This document shows, one piece after another, positions 1 to 9,075 of a DNA stretch of 64,000 nt (within the stretch, counting starts at the first letter, position 1; every line of letters begins with the position of its first letter). Origin of the DNA: Candidatus Helarchaeota archaeon (GTDB lineage Archaea; Asgardarchaeota; Lokiarchaeia; Helarchaeales; RDOG01); NCBI GenBank assembly GCA_019058315.1, contig JAHPZH010000004.1, positions 320,001-384,000 on the forward strand, in the 5' to 3' direction. Made by a program: the position numbers and the translations under genes. The notes beneath the pieces are model-generated. The model worked only from the letters and a program-made list of their open reading frames with translations. It had not been told where the DNA came from and did no database searches.

Positions 1-464
1 TAGGTATTGACATAAGGATCACCTGTTGAACTTCCACTTCCATTAACCCCAAAAGCCATATAGTGATAACCCGTCAAATTAACAAATGCAGTCAAAGAGC
101 TATTTGATAGGAATGTTACATTTGTTAAAACCGTTGTATGATAAGATTCATTTCCGTAATGGTATAGTTCTATCGGTACGTTATCAAAATATGTGTTATT
201 TACTGAATCTTTTAGTCTAATCTTAGCTAAACCGTACGGCATTGCTGGTGGTTCTGGTTTTGGAAGCAACCCTTCAAGCAAATAGTAGTTAGTTGCATCT
301 TGGTACGCTTCTAATTGAGGGTTTAAAGCTACAATACCACCAACAACAGCTAGAGGAACTAAAACAATAAGTAAATAGGTTACATTCTTACGGGAAAGTA
401 TTTTATAACCATTCCCCGCCTTTTCAACCCCTTTAGATTTTTCTTTAGGTTCTGTTAAACTCAT
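1..464 (-). CDS. Membrane-anchored exported glycoprotein, 3'-truncated by window edge (not in ORF track)
   Basis: Own translation MSLTEPKEK...YLLIVLVPLAVVGGIVAL...; one N-terminal TM helix followed by N-glycosylation sequons (NNT, NES, NVT, NSS, NLT, NGS). ATG overlaps the stop of the upstream gene (TAATG). Confidence 0.8.
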   Translation of the reverse strand, partial: MSLTEPKEKSKGVEKAGNGYKILSRKNVTYLLIVLVPLAVVGGIVALNPQLEAYQDATNYYLLEGLLPKPEPPAMPYGLAKIRLKDSVNNTYFDNVPIELYHYGNESYHTTVLTNVTFLSNSSLTAFVNLTGYHYMAFGVNGSGSSTGDPYVNT

Positions 465-1288
465 TATAATTCCTCCCGCATTTCACCTTCTATTAATGTT
501 CGATATTCCTTTTTTCCAATATAGATCCTTCGAATAGCCATAGCAGATAAGTACCAAAAAGACCAAACAAACATTAGGACAACAAAGAATCCAGAACTTT
601 CGATTAAAAATAATTGCAACGCGGGTACGTTGGGGTAATAATACCATTCTAACCCTGTAAAAGTTAAATCTAAAGCAGAAACCACTAGTGCCGAAGCAAC
701 TAAAATTATTGACATTATACCCATGTATTTCGGTTTAAAATCCCTAACTCCTGCAACAACACCAAAAACAAATGTTACAAATGTTATTATTCCACCAAAT
801 ATAAAACCCCATTTCAAAATCTTATTTACAAAGAAAAACGAATATAGAACTTGATCCACTCTTAAAAAATAATGGGAACTTAAAATTCCGATGTAATAAA
901 GTCCAACGAATGTTATTGTCGAAGTTCTAGCTATTGGTTGCCTTATTCCTAATGTTAAAAGCATGACAAAAGAAAATATCCAACCGATTTCCGCTTTTGG
1001 TATGAACCAACTTGAAGCAAAGGTTATTATTGATATAAATATGATTAACCAATCTACTAAATGCTCTTTAGCAAACAAGTCTAACTTACCTTTAGTCTTT
1101 CCGTATTTTTTTTCCTCCAATTCGTCATCAATCATAGCTAAAGTTTCCATATCTGAAAATTCGGGTAAATCCTCACCTTTTTCCGAAGCTTTAATTATTG
1201 CTTTGGTTTGTTCTACCTCTACGTTCTCCATTGCTTTCTCTATTTCCTTTTTTTCTTTAATTTTTTCTTTTAAAAACATTTGATTCAC
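464..1288 (-). CDS. Multi-pass membrane protein with charged N-terminal domain
   Basis: 274-aa ORF with ~6 hydrophobic segments, translationally coupled to the downstream gene. Confidence 0.8.
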   Translation of the reverse strand: MNQMFLKEKIKEKKEIEKAMENVEVEQTKAIIKASEKGEDLPEFSDMETLAMIDDELEEKKYGKTKGKLDLFAKEHLVDWLIIFISIITFASSWFIPKAEIGWIFSFVMLLTLGIRQPIARTSTITFVGLYYIGILSSHYFLRVDQVLYSFFFVNKILKWGFIFGGIITFVTFVFGVVAGVRDFKPKYMGIMSIILVASALVVSALDLTFTGLEWYYYPNVPALQLFLIESSGFFVVLMFVWSFWYLSAMAIRRIYIGKKEYRTLIEGEMREEL

Positions 1289-1437
1289 CGAATCCTTGTC
1301 TTACTTATATTCGATTTTACAAAATAAAAAATAATATGGGGTAAAAATGGGTAAAATCCCCCCATTTTATACAAAAATACCCTAAAATACCATTTAATTT
1401 AGGTTACAAATAAATTGATAAAAACGAATTATGAATT

Positions 1438-1890
1438 ATGGTTTATTATTTATCTTACATTTTATCGCTATTAGGTATGATTGCTTGGATTATCTCAATT
1501 AAATTTTCAATATTTAGAACAAATTGGGTTTATATATTATTCATTTTCACATATATTTTATCAATTTTAAATTATATTTTTCTAATTTATGAATTAATCA
1601 TTTCTAAACAATTTAACATTCTCTATTTCTGGAGTTTTGAGGATTACATGAATGTTTTCTTGTTAAATATAACAACCTATATTTACATAGGAATTTTAGG
1701 GGTTGGATTGATAGTTATTAAATTGATACCTTATTCAATTAATAAAATGAAACAGATACAAATAAGAACTAGAAAAAAATTAAAAGAAACTAATTTAAAT
1801 GAAGAATTAATAGCAATCGGTACGCTCTACGGGTTTTATTTGGAATTGAAGGATGATTTAGAAGAACATAAGAAGAAAAAAAAAGTTTAA
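1438..1890 (+). CDS. Hypothetical membrane protein (3 TM)
   Basis: 150-aa ORF with three hydrophobic helices and a basic C-terminus. Confidence 0.65.
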   Translation: MVYYLSYILSLLGMIAWIISIKFSIFRTNWVYILFIFTYILSILNYIFLIYELIISKQFNILYFWSFEDYMNVFLLNITTYIYIGILGVGLIVIKLIPYSINKMKQIQIRTRKKLKETNLNEELIAIGTLYGFYLELKDDLEEHKKKKKV

Positions 1891-1930
1891 TTTCTTTTTA
1901 AATCATCTTTAATAACATTATTATTTTCCT

Positions 1931-2509
1931 TCACTTTTTCCCATATATTTTACCATTATGCTTTTTATCAAAACAATACAATTGCTCATCAATTTCGTGT
2001 AATGGTAAATTAATTTTGTCTTTTAAATCATAGATTTTTTTTGCATATTTTAAGTAAACATCTAAATCGTATTCATAATTCTGAATCGTTTTACCTGTCA
2101 AAGCCCTATTAGCCCTAACATCCAATATAGGAAAAATATCAGGTCTCAAGAACTTAAGAATCGTACTCGCCATTGGAACATTAACACCTTGACAATCAAG
2201 TAATTCAGATATGACTTTTTTAGTGTTTGAATCATCTATACTGAGTTTTTTAGATTTTGCTAATTTATCAAGATTTTGGATTACATTATCCGGAATATTC
2301 AATACTCTATTAATTTTCCATAAAGCGACTCTTCTTAAGTCATTAATAGATAATTTATTATTATTTCTTATTTCTGAAAACAATTCCTTCAAAGCATTTT
2401 TTTCCTCAAGATTGTAGTTATATGGAAAGTCTAACTTATCTTTTTTCGGATCATAAACCCTAATCTCATTTGAATTAACTTTTTTTTCTCCTTCCAATAA
2501 AAACACCAA
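1931..2509 (-). CDS. HhH-GPD superfamily DNA glycosylase-like protein
   Basis: HhH motif LLDCQGVNVPMASTIL followed by FPILDVRANRAL with a catalytic-type Asp. Confidence 0.7.
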   Translation of the reverse strand: MVFLLEGEKKVNSNEIRVYDPKKDKLDFPYNYNLEEKNALKELFSEIRNNNKLSINDLRRVALWKINRVLNIPDNVIQNLDKLAKSKKLSIDDSNTKKVISELLDCQGVNVPMASTILKFLRPDIFPILDVRANRALTGKTIQNYEYDLDVYLKYAKKIYDLKDKINLPLHEIDEQLYCFDKKHNGKIYGKK

Positions 2510-2651
2510 TAAAACTAAATTTATTAAATCAATCGTTAAATTAATTAATTCAGGATTATTTTTACTTTTTCAAAAATTGAAAAATAATCCAGGAAGAAAT
2601 ACTTAGATATTTTATGACTTTTTAGCTTAAAATTGTAAAAAGAGAAAAATA

Positions 2652-2942
2652 TCAAAAGGTGTTATATTTTTCTTTATTAGAATTTTTTTTCTTCTTTAAT
2701 TTTTCAATGGTCTTTTTATAAGAATCCAAATTCTCGTCAATGTGTTTAATTAGAATGATAAAAAGGTCAGTCCACGATAAGCTAGGCAATCCTCCAACAT
2801 CTTTAATCTTAGTCTTTCTAACATCAAAAGCATTGTAAATAGGAAGCGGAATATTTCTAATATCTTTCTCCTTAATATCCCAATTCTTATCTAAGTTAAA
2901 TTTCTCCTCATTAAATTCGGAAACCATTAAAATAAACTCCAA
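2652..2942 (-). CDS. Small putative DNA-binding protein (ribbon-helix-helix-like)
   Basis: Strand-helix-helix pattern DIRNIPLPIYNAF...SWTDLFIILI; likely start at the internal ATG (MVSEF). Confidence 0.4.
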   Translation of the reverse strand: MEFILMVSEFNEEKFNLDKNWDIKEKDIRNIPLPIYNAFDVRKTKIKDVGGLPSLSWTDLFIILIKHIDENLDSYKKTIEKLKKKKNSNKEKYNTF

Positions 2943-3159
2943 ATACTAATTTTGACGTATATTTCTAATAACGGAAATAAACCTATATTTATAATAAAAT
3001 TACTTAGCTTCTGACATAAAAACTTAATGTATTATTGGGATAATGTACAGTATTTTTACTGTTAAAAGGGGCAAAAATATCCAAAAAAACCACTTACAAA
3101 TTTAAAATGGGTAAAGCCATATAAAATAGTAGCTAAATTCATAATATCAACCTTAAGGA

Positions 3160-3444
3160 TTGATGAAATTGGTTAGTTATAAAGACTTAATGAAAGAAAA
3201 ATGGTTTTTAGAAGCTTTTTCAAAACTTAAACAAAGTCAGGGAAACGCTAAAGCTTGTGCAAAACTAGCTGAAAAATTAAACATTCCAAGTTCAAACCGA
3301 ATGGGTTTTACAATTGCATGTCTAAAACATCTTAAGGATTTCGGCAAAATGCCAACAGAAGCAGAAGCTAAAGGTTGGGGTTTGGGAACTCCAATAAAAC
3401 AAGAAGATTTAGAGAAAGCTTTAGCAGAACTCGCTACCGTCTAA
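3160..3444 (+). CDS. Small basic helical protein (possible virion/nucleocapsid protein)
   Basis: 94-aa ORF followed by a T-rich terminator; function speculative (see findings). Confidence 0.6.
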   Translation: MMKLVSYKDLMKEKWFLEAFSKLKQSQGNAKACAKLAEKLNIPSSNRMGFTIACLKHLKDFGKMPTEAEAKGWGLGTPIKQEDLEKALAELATV

Positions 3445-3487
3445 CTTCATTTTCCAATTTTTATTTTTTTTATATGGGATTTTCAAA

Positions 3488-4369
3488 TTGATGATAATAG
3501 AAGAATCAAAATTATTTATTAGTGTATTTTTAAATTATTTTTTCATAATTGCTTTCGCCATAGCTATTTCCTTATTCGTATTTTTCTTTATTATATATTA
3601 TAAATTCAGATATGACACATTAAAAAAGAAACTAAAAAAGAATAAGCATGTTATTTTAATGGATTTTATTGGAAATTGGGAGGATTTAGGGGAATACAAA
3701 AAAACTTCCTTATATAAAGGTGATTGGGCTATCTTTGTTGATAGACCTGAATATGAAACCTATAAAGGATATGTAATTGAGGTAGCAGATGGGGAATTGA
3801 GAAAATCAATGCTTGAATATGAAAATCATTATATTATTTTGACTGATTTTAAAGGATCTGATTTAGATAAAAGAAGGGTTAAGTGTCTAATTCACCAAGA
3901 TATTATTATTTGGGGTTTTAAAAAAGGAATTGAGAGAATTTATGAAAAATTAAATCCATTTATTCAAAAAATTAAGGATTTAGAAATAATTAACAAAGAA
4001 ATCAGCGATAGATATAATGTAACGGTAAAAAATGCCATATTAGACCGTTACATAACTACTAGAAAACAAGAAGATTCCATGCAACCATTCTGGAATGAAA
4101 TGGATAAAAGAATTTACGCCCCAAGTATAATAATAGCAGGAGAAATGAAAAAAGTAATGGATAAAGAAGAAAGTTTGTCAGAAGACATTATTAATGTTGC
4201 AAAACTGAAAGAAGAAGAAATTAACCCATTTAGGAAGCTAGAAATTAAAGAATCAAGCTTATCCAATTTAGAAGAAGTTAAGGAGTTAGAAATTGCCAAA
4301 AAAGAAGCAAAAACCAAAGAGAATAATAAAAAAAGTAAAAAAGATAAAAAAAACCATAAAGACAACTAA
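3488..4369 (+). CDS. Hypothetical protein with N-terminal TM anchor and coiled-coil C-terminus
   Basis: 293-aa ORF. Confidence 0.7.
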   Translation: MMIIEESKLFISVFLNYFFIIAFAIAISLFVFFFIIYYKFRYDTLKKKLKKNKHVILMDFIGNWEDLGEYKKTSLYKGDWAIFVDRPEYETYKGYVIEVADGELRKSMLEYENHYIILTDFKGSDLDKRRVKCLIHQDIIIWGFKKGIERIYEKLNPFIQKIKDLEIINKEISDRYNVTVKNAILDRYITTRKQEDSMQPFWNEMDKRIYAPSIIIAGEMKKVMDKEESLSEDIINVAKLKEEEINPFRKLEIKESSLSNLEEVKELEIAKKEAKTKENNKKSKKDKKNHKDN

Positions 4370-5885
4370 AAAATTAGAGTTTTCAACTGAACCTGACAAA
4401 ATAACTATTAAAAAAATTGAATTTGGGCTTAAAATTTTATCAGAAGATAGAATAACTTTCTTACATGCGATTACACACACCCAAAGAAATAAATATCTTG
4501 AACAAAGATACCCCGATTTTCCAAAACAAATTAAAATTGAAATTGCAAAGGCAATTCACGATGTAATGAACGGAATTATCCAGCATTTAAGCCAATTGAA
4601 TGTTTTTCTTGATGATTACAAAGATGATAAGGATATACCTTTTCTTCTTGAAAATATAAAAGAACATGCTAAAAATATAATTTCATTTGTTAATCTTTCG
4701 GGTTTTTCTATTTTAGATGATATGCAATTAAGGGCAAATTATTATCAAATTACATTTGATTTAATAAAGATTTTAGGATTAATTGAATGTTTAAAAAATC
4801 CTCAAGATAGTGAAATAGCTAAAATTTTCGATTTAAATTTAAGTTCAATCCGATTTAATGAGAAATTAATAATCTTAATTAGTGAAATAAACCAAGAATC
4901 GTTAAAAGATAACATTTTAATTGATAAATGGGTAATGGGGTTAGAAACAACTAATGAAATGATGATCCATTTTAAATACATGGTTAAAAACCTTAGTAGC
5001 TATTTTTTCCTTATTCGATCAAGCAATTACCCCATAAAAGAATATATCATTTCAGCAATTTTCAGGGTAATTTATTTTATTAATGAATTAATTTTACCAA
5101 TAAATTTTGATGAAGGAAGGGTTTATGTTTCTCCAAGAGATTACATTGAAATCTTTGCAAAATATGAAAATAATCTGAGGGAATTAATAGGTTTATTGGA
5201 AATATTTTTTCAAAACTTCAATCATTTAGCCATAAAACCAACTGAAAGTAATGTGATTGAATTATATGTTGCAAAAGATTGTAGATTATGCAAGATTTTT
5301 TTTGAAAACAAGTTATTTGAGTACATACAAAATATGTCTATTAATCTGGATAAAGGATTAGCAATTTACGACTCAACAGATGATATTAACGCTTTAGCTA
5401 GACGTTTCTTTTATACAATTAAATTTGTTCCTTCAATTAGATTTCCAAGCATTTCAAATAATTGGAAATGGTTAAATATATTCCCATTTAAAGATGAGGA
5501 ACAAGATGAAAAGTTAGATATTGCACCTTCAGAAGCTTGTAAAACTGCCACTATTGAAATAAATAATTATCTCTTTGGGGCTTTTTCAAATATCATTCCA
5601 ACTCTTAATAAAAGCAAAACTCAGAAAAAAGGAAAAAATAAGAATAGGGAAAAATATTTGGTTAAATTGAATAAAATAATGGAGATATTTCAAAAAGATC
5701 CTGAAACTCCATTAACAATTAAAGAAATTACTGATGAAATAAAAGAAAATTACAGCAATACTAATTATTTTTGTAAGAAATTAATCAAAAAAGGGATTTT
5801 ATATACCGAAGATCCGAAAAGTCTGAGGGTTAAAGCTTATAGATTAAATTTTGATAAATACAATTTCGAAGTTCAAAGGAGTTAA
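4293..5885 (+). CDS. Large helical protein with C-terminal winged-helix DNA-binding domain
   Basis: C-terminal PLTIKEITDEIKENYSNTNYFCKKLIKKGIL...KAYRL wHTH pattern; start uncertain (overlaps the previous gene). Confidence 0.65.
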   Translation: MPKKKQKPKRIIKKVKKIKKTIKTTKKLEFSTEPDKITIKKIEFGLKILSEDRITFLHAITHTQRNKYLEQRYPDFPKQIKIEIAKAIHDVMNGIIQHLSQLNVFLDDYKDDKDIPFLLENIKEHAKNIISFVNLSGFSILDDMQLRANYYQITFDLIKILGLIECLKNPQDSEIAKIFDLNLSSIRFNEKLIILISEINQESLKDNILIDKWVMGLETTNEMMIHFKYMVKNLSSYFFLIRSSNYPIKEYIISAIFRVIYFINELILPINFDEGRVYVSPRDYIEIFAKYENNLRELIGLLEIFFQNFNHLAIKPTESNVIELYVAKDCRLCKIFFENKLFEYIQNMSINLDKGLAIYDSTDDINALARRFFYTIKFVPSIRFPSISNNWKWLNIFPFKDEEQDEKLDIAPSEACKTATIEINNYLFGAFSNIIPTLNKSKTQKKGKNKNREKYLVKLNKIMEIFQKDPETPLTIKEITDEIKENYSNTNYFCKKLIKKGILYTEDPKSLRVKAYRLNFDKYNFEVQRS

Positions 5886-5980
5886 AAGTTTGAAGTACAG
5901 ATTAAAAGATTTTTCAAAAACCATTAATTTAATCTCGAACTTCTACCCACCAATCAATTCAAAATCTATCGAGTCAGGGA

Positions 5981-6574
5981 TTGAAATTGGAAATAAGTTA
6001 TAATCAATACGGATTGCAAATAAACAAGAAAGTTTTCAGCATATTACAATTTTACAGATTAGAAACCTTTAATACCGATTTATTAGAAATAATCAAAGAA
6101 TCCATTAAAGAAAAGAAAGCTAATTCAATAATTTTAAAAAATAATGCAGAAATTAAAGCTTATGAGAAAATAAAAACCGATAAACCAATAAAAAATCTTG
6201 GTTATACGAATATAGGGTTAAATGTTGAAAAAAATCTTTATCATTTATGTAATTTGACTGAAAATCATAAAGAACTAAATGAAAAGCTTATTTTATTAAT
6301 TAAAGACTCAATTAAAACGCTTAAAAATAACTCTATAATCCTAAAGAATGATAAAAAGATTGAAGCGATACATGAAAACATCTATAATGAAATTACAAAT
6401 GAATTATGTTGGGGAAAATTAGCTTATTGTTGTCATTGTAAAAAAGATGATTGCATCAGAGTTATTGTTCTTAAGGAATTGGGAATTTCTAATAAAGAAT
6501 ATACAGAAATTAAAGATAAAATGGAGTTGGAATTTCAAAAATTAGTTAGAAAAAAGAAACCCGAATGGTTTTGA
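5981..6574 (+). CDS. Protein with internal duplication and C-terminal Cys-rich module resembling the methanogenesis marker 9 repeat
   Basis: Two copies of I(KE/KD)SIK...NSIILKN; C-terminal CWGKLAYCCHCKKDDCIR...LGIS..EY.EIK. Confidence 0.6.
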   Translation: MKLEISYNQYGLQINKKVFSILQFYRLETFNTDLLEIIKESIKEKKANSIILKNNAEIKAYEKIKTDKPIKNLGYTNIGLNVEKNLYHLCNLTENHKELNEKLILLIKDSIKTLKNNSIILKNDKKIEAIHENIYNEITNELCWGKLAYCCHCKKDDCIRVIVLKELGISNKEYTEIKDKMELEFQKLVRKKKPEWF

Positions 6575-6616
6575 ATATTATAACAATTAATAATAAATGA
6601 AATTCTAACCTATCAA

Positions 6617-7591
6617 TTATTTTATCTCCAAATCTTTAAGAAATTCGTCTAAAAAAGAAAAATCTTGTTCAGTCGGTTTGTATTTTCGAGTAGGATGTTT
6701 CACATTATTTCTAAGGATGTTTAATTCATCAATACTTCTTAAAAATGCTTTTTTATTGCTTTGAAAGTTTGAAAATGGTTTTTGGTTTATAAAATGTTTC
6801 CAATTTTTATCTATAATTTCTTTTAATTCTACTATATCCGTATAGTCATATACTTTTCCTTGACCCTTAGCCTTCTCATATTTTTTACTACACTCTATTC
6901 TAATACGTTCAGGAATTCCTTCAAACCACCAATCCCGATTATCTGGGAATACATCTTTTAAAATTATTTCAATTTTTTTATGAATACAATTTTCAATTTT
7001 ATCCATTTTATCAATTGCTTGATGTTTCTCCACATCTTGTGGCTCGGTATATTTTTCTTTTTTTATTGATTTATTTTTAAATTCTTTTAAATAATTCCTG
7101 CCAAGATTTGAAATAGTCCAAAAATAATGATGCTTTCTATCAATCATCCCAAGATCTTCTAAATATCTCCCAATCCTCCAAAATAAAGCTGTTTTTATTT
7201 GTTCATCTTCCATTTCGTTAATTTCTTTTAAAAGTTTTTTATACTCCACATCGCATCTTGAAGGATTTACATTCCATTTATTATTCAGGATTTCTAAAAT
7301 TTTAATTCCCACACTAAAAAATAGTGGCTTTTCTAACGATTCTTCATGTATTAATATACCGATAGAGCCAATCTGTATATCTGCAAATTCCGTTCCCAAA
7401 TAACGTTTCCACCTAAAATAGTCTTTAGATTGTCCATCATAAAGTTCTTTTTTCAAGTTTTTTTCATCAATATTTTGATCAAAGTTTGATATTTTTGTTA
7501 AAAGTTCGTTAAATGATATAACCTCATCATTTAATTCATTTTGATATAAAATTTTTAAAATTACTTCTTGAATTACACTAGTTTCCATCAT
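6617..7591 (-). CDS. wHTH + Swt1-like HEPN domain protein
   Basis: C-terminal DWWFEGIP...YTDIVELKEII..NW..F...LNILRNNVKH (RxxxxH) signature; N-terminal winged helices. Confidence 0.7.
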   Translation of the reverse strand: MMETSVIQEVILKILYQNELNDEVISFNELLTKISNFDQNIDEKNLKKELYDGQSKDYFRWKRYLGTEFADIQIGSIGILIHEESLEKPLFFSVGIKILEILNNKWNVNPSRCDVEYKKLLKEINEMEDEQIKTALFWRIGRYLEDLGMIDRKHHYFWTISNLGRNYLKEFKNKSIKKEKYTEPQDVEKHQAIDKMDKIENCIHKKIEIILKDVFPDNRDWWFEGIPERIRIECSKKYEKAKGQGKVYDYTDIVELKEIIDKNWKHFINQKPFSNFQSNKKAFLRSIDELNILRNNVKHPTRKYKPTEQDFSFLDEFLKDLEIK

Positions 7592-7592
7592 T

Positions 7593-7889
7593 TTATGCGA
7601 CTTCTAAACCTGTTTTTCTCAATTCTTCACGTAATATTCTTAAAAATTGCGTTTTCAATTCAAATTTTGTTTGTTGATAGAATGAATCTTGAATAGATGT
7701 TTTTAAACTGACTGATATAGATCCAGATTCAAACTTAACTTTAATATCTAAATCTGAAAGTTTTGAAAACTTCGGATAGATATTCTTTACGATTAAGAAA
7801 AATTTCTTTTTAGCTGTTTCAACTGCATCATTAACCGCTTTCATTATATTTTGTCCACCGATTATATTGCCAGATTTCAATTTTATCAA
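7593..7889 (-). CDS. Hypothetical protein
   Basis: 98-aa ORF, co-oriented and abutting the HEPN gene. Confidence 0.6.
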   Translation of the reverse strand: MIKLKSGNIIGGQNIMKAVNDAVETAKKKFFLIVKNIYPKFSKLSDLDIKVKFESGSISVSLKTSIQDSFYQQTKFELKTQFLRILREELRKTGLEVA

Positions 7890-7918
7890 AATAATTCGCC
7901 TTGAGATTAATTATATTT

Positions 7919-8272
7919 TTAATATTGGGGAATAATTTCCATTTTTTTTAATTTTCTTCCATCAATTTCTTCTATGTCCCTAATGGTTTTTAATCTATTA
8001 GCCAAACCTTTGATTAATATACTATGACTGTTATAATCCGTTGTTACCTCTTCTCCATCATCAAATATCATCTTCAACTGAAATTTTACGGGTTCTTCTT
8101 CCTCTTTATCATCCAAAGCTTGTAATTCCCCACTCTCAAACTTTTTGACTTCTTCAGGTGTAGCTTTTCTAATCGTAACAGTTGTTGATCTCCTCAATTT
8201 TGGCTTATACACGTCTTTAACCCAATAATAATAATATTTTTTTCCCGATTTGATTTTTTTTATTCTTGGCAT
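7919..8272 (-). CDS. Small basic beta-rich DNA-binding protein of a type seen in archaeal MGEs
   Basis: N-terminus RIKKIKSGKKYYYYWVKDVY resembles K-x-x-G-x-x-Y-x-Y beta-hairpin domains of archaeal virus/integrase-associated proteins. Confidence 0.55.
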   Translation of the reverse strand: MPRIKKIKSGKKYYYYWVKDVYKPKLRRSTTVTIRKATPEEVKKFESGELQALDDKEEEEPVKFQLKMIFDDGEEVTTDYNSHSILIKGLANRLKTIRDIEEIDGRKLKKMEIIPQY

Positions 8273-8477
8273 TGATTAACCTATGGGAAGGAAGTATTTT
8301 AAAGTTCACATTCGACAAAATCAACCGACAATATGCGGAACTATTCTCTTATACTAAAATATTCGATAAATCTTTAATTAATTAAATAACCAATTAAAAT
8401 TATTGTCGGAAATTTGCGGAAAAAACCATCTCGAAAAAAGCTCAATTTCATGTTGTAATAGCAATATATCAAAAAAA

Positions 8478-8705
8478 TTAGTTTATTGGAATTGGTTCAA
8501 TTATTAATTTCCTATACATTCTTTTTTTTTGCATAAATTTATCTAATTTAAATAATCTGTTTACCAAAGCCCCCATACTTTTATAAGAAACTCTTTCAAG
8601 ATTCCCATTTCCCCAATTAATGATTAGCCGGTATTTCAAACCATCTTTTTTATTTTGCAAGTAATTGCCTCCTGAATGGAAACTGTATTTCAAATGAGAT
8701 CCCAT
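8478..8705 (-). CDS. Small hypothetical protein, apparent paralogue of the C-terminal half of 7919..8272
   Basis: LKYRLIINWGNGNLERVSYKS..ALVNRL aligns by eye with VKFQLKMIFDDGEEVTTDYNS..GLANRL. Confidence 0.45.
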   Translation of the reverse strand: MGSHLKYSFHSGGNYLQNKKDGLKYRLIINWGNGNLERVSYKSMGALVNRLFKLDKFMQKKRMYRKLIIEPIPIN

Positions 8706-8998
8706 CTTGGCATTAACTTCTTAATATTTTTATTGTAAATGATTCTAATATAAAAACTTTATATATAATCTTATTAGGTAACATACGGAAATTCTCATAA
8801 TCTTTATATAAATGATGTAGAAAACTTCTTATTTTACTTGACAAAAACGTAAGTTTAACTTTAATTGGTCTATTTTTGCTCTAATTACCGATAAATTAAG
8901 AATATAATTATATACTTATTGCTAACATAGTATTAATATTATAATACTCTCTATTTTTAGCCCTAACATGCAAAAAACCTTCATACCCATACTTTCTT

Positions 8999-9016
8999 AT
9001 TCCCGCCCTCCCACCC
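8999..9016 (+). other. Candidate attachment site (tRNA 3'-end-like remnant)
   Basis: ATTCCCGCCCTCCCACCC, a GC-rich island in very AT-rich DNA, followed by TTTT. It resembles T-stem/acceptor 3' strand + ACC but is one nt short of the canonical 12. Confidence 0.35.
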
Positions 9017-9075
9017 TTTTCAATGGGTAACAATTTTTGATTTAGTCATAAGGCGGTTTTAGAAACTTTTGAACC

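Larger units (their letters stand above)
1..9016. mobile_element. Right-hand part of a putative integrated element or provirus (left end outside window)
   Basis: Run of short orphan genes (membrane/glycoproteins, RHH/wHTH proteins, HhH glycosylase, HEPN) with no housekeeping genes. It ends at a GC-rich, tRNA-3'-like remnant at ~8999-9016, after which typical chromosomal genes resume. No integrase is seen in the window. Confidence 0.55.

Noticed and set aside
8960-9020. Complete tRNA gene
   Set aside because: Only a 3'-end-like fragment; upstream DNA is AT-rich and I could not fold a cloverleaf
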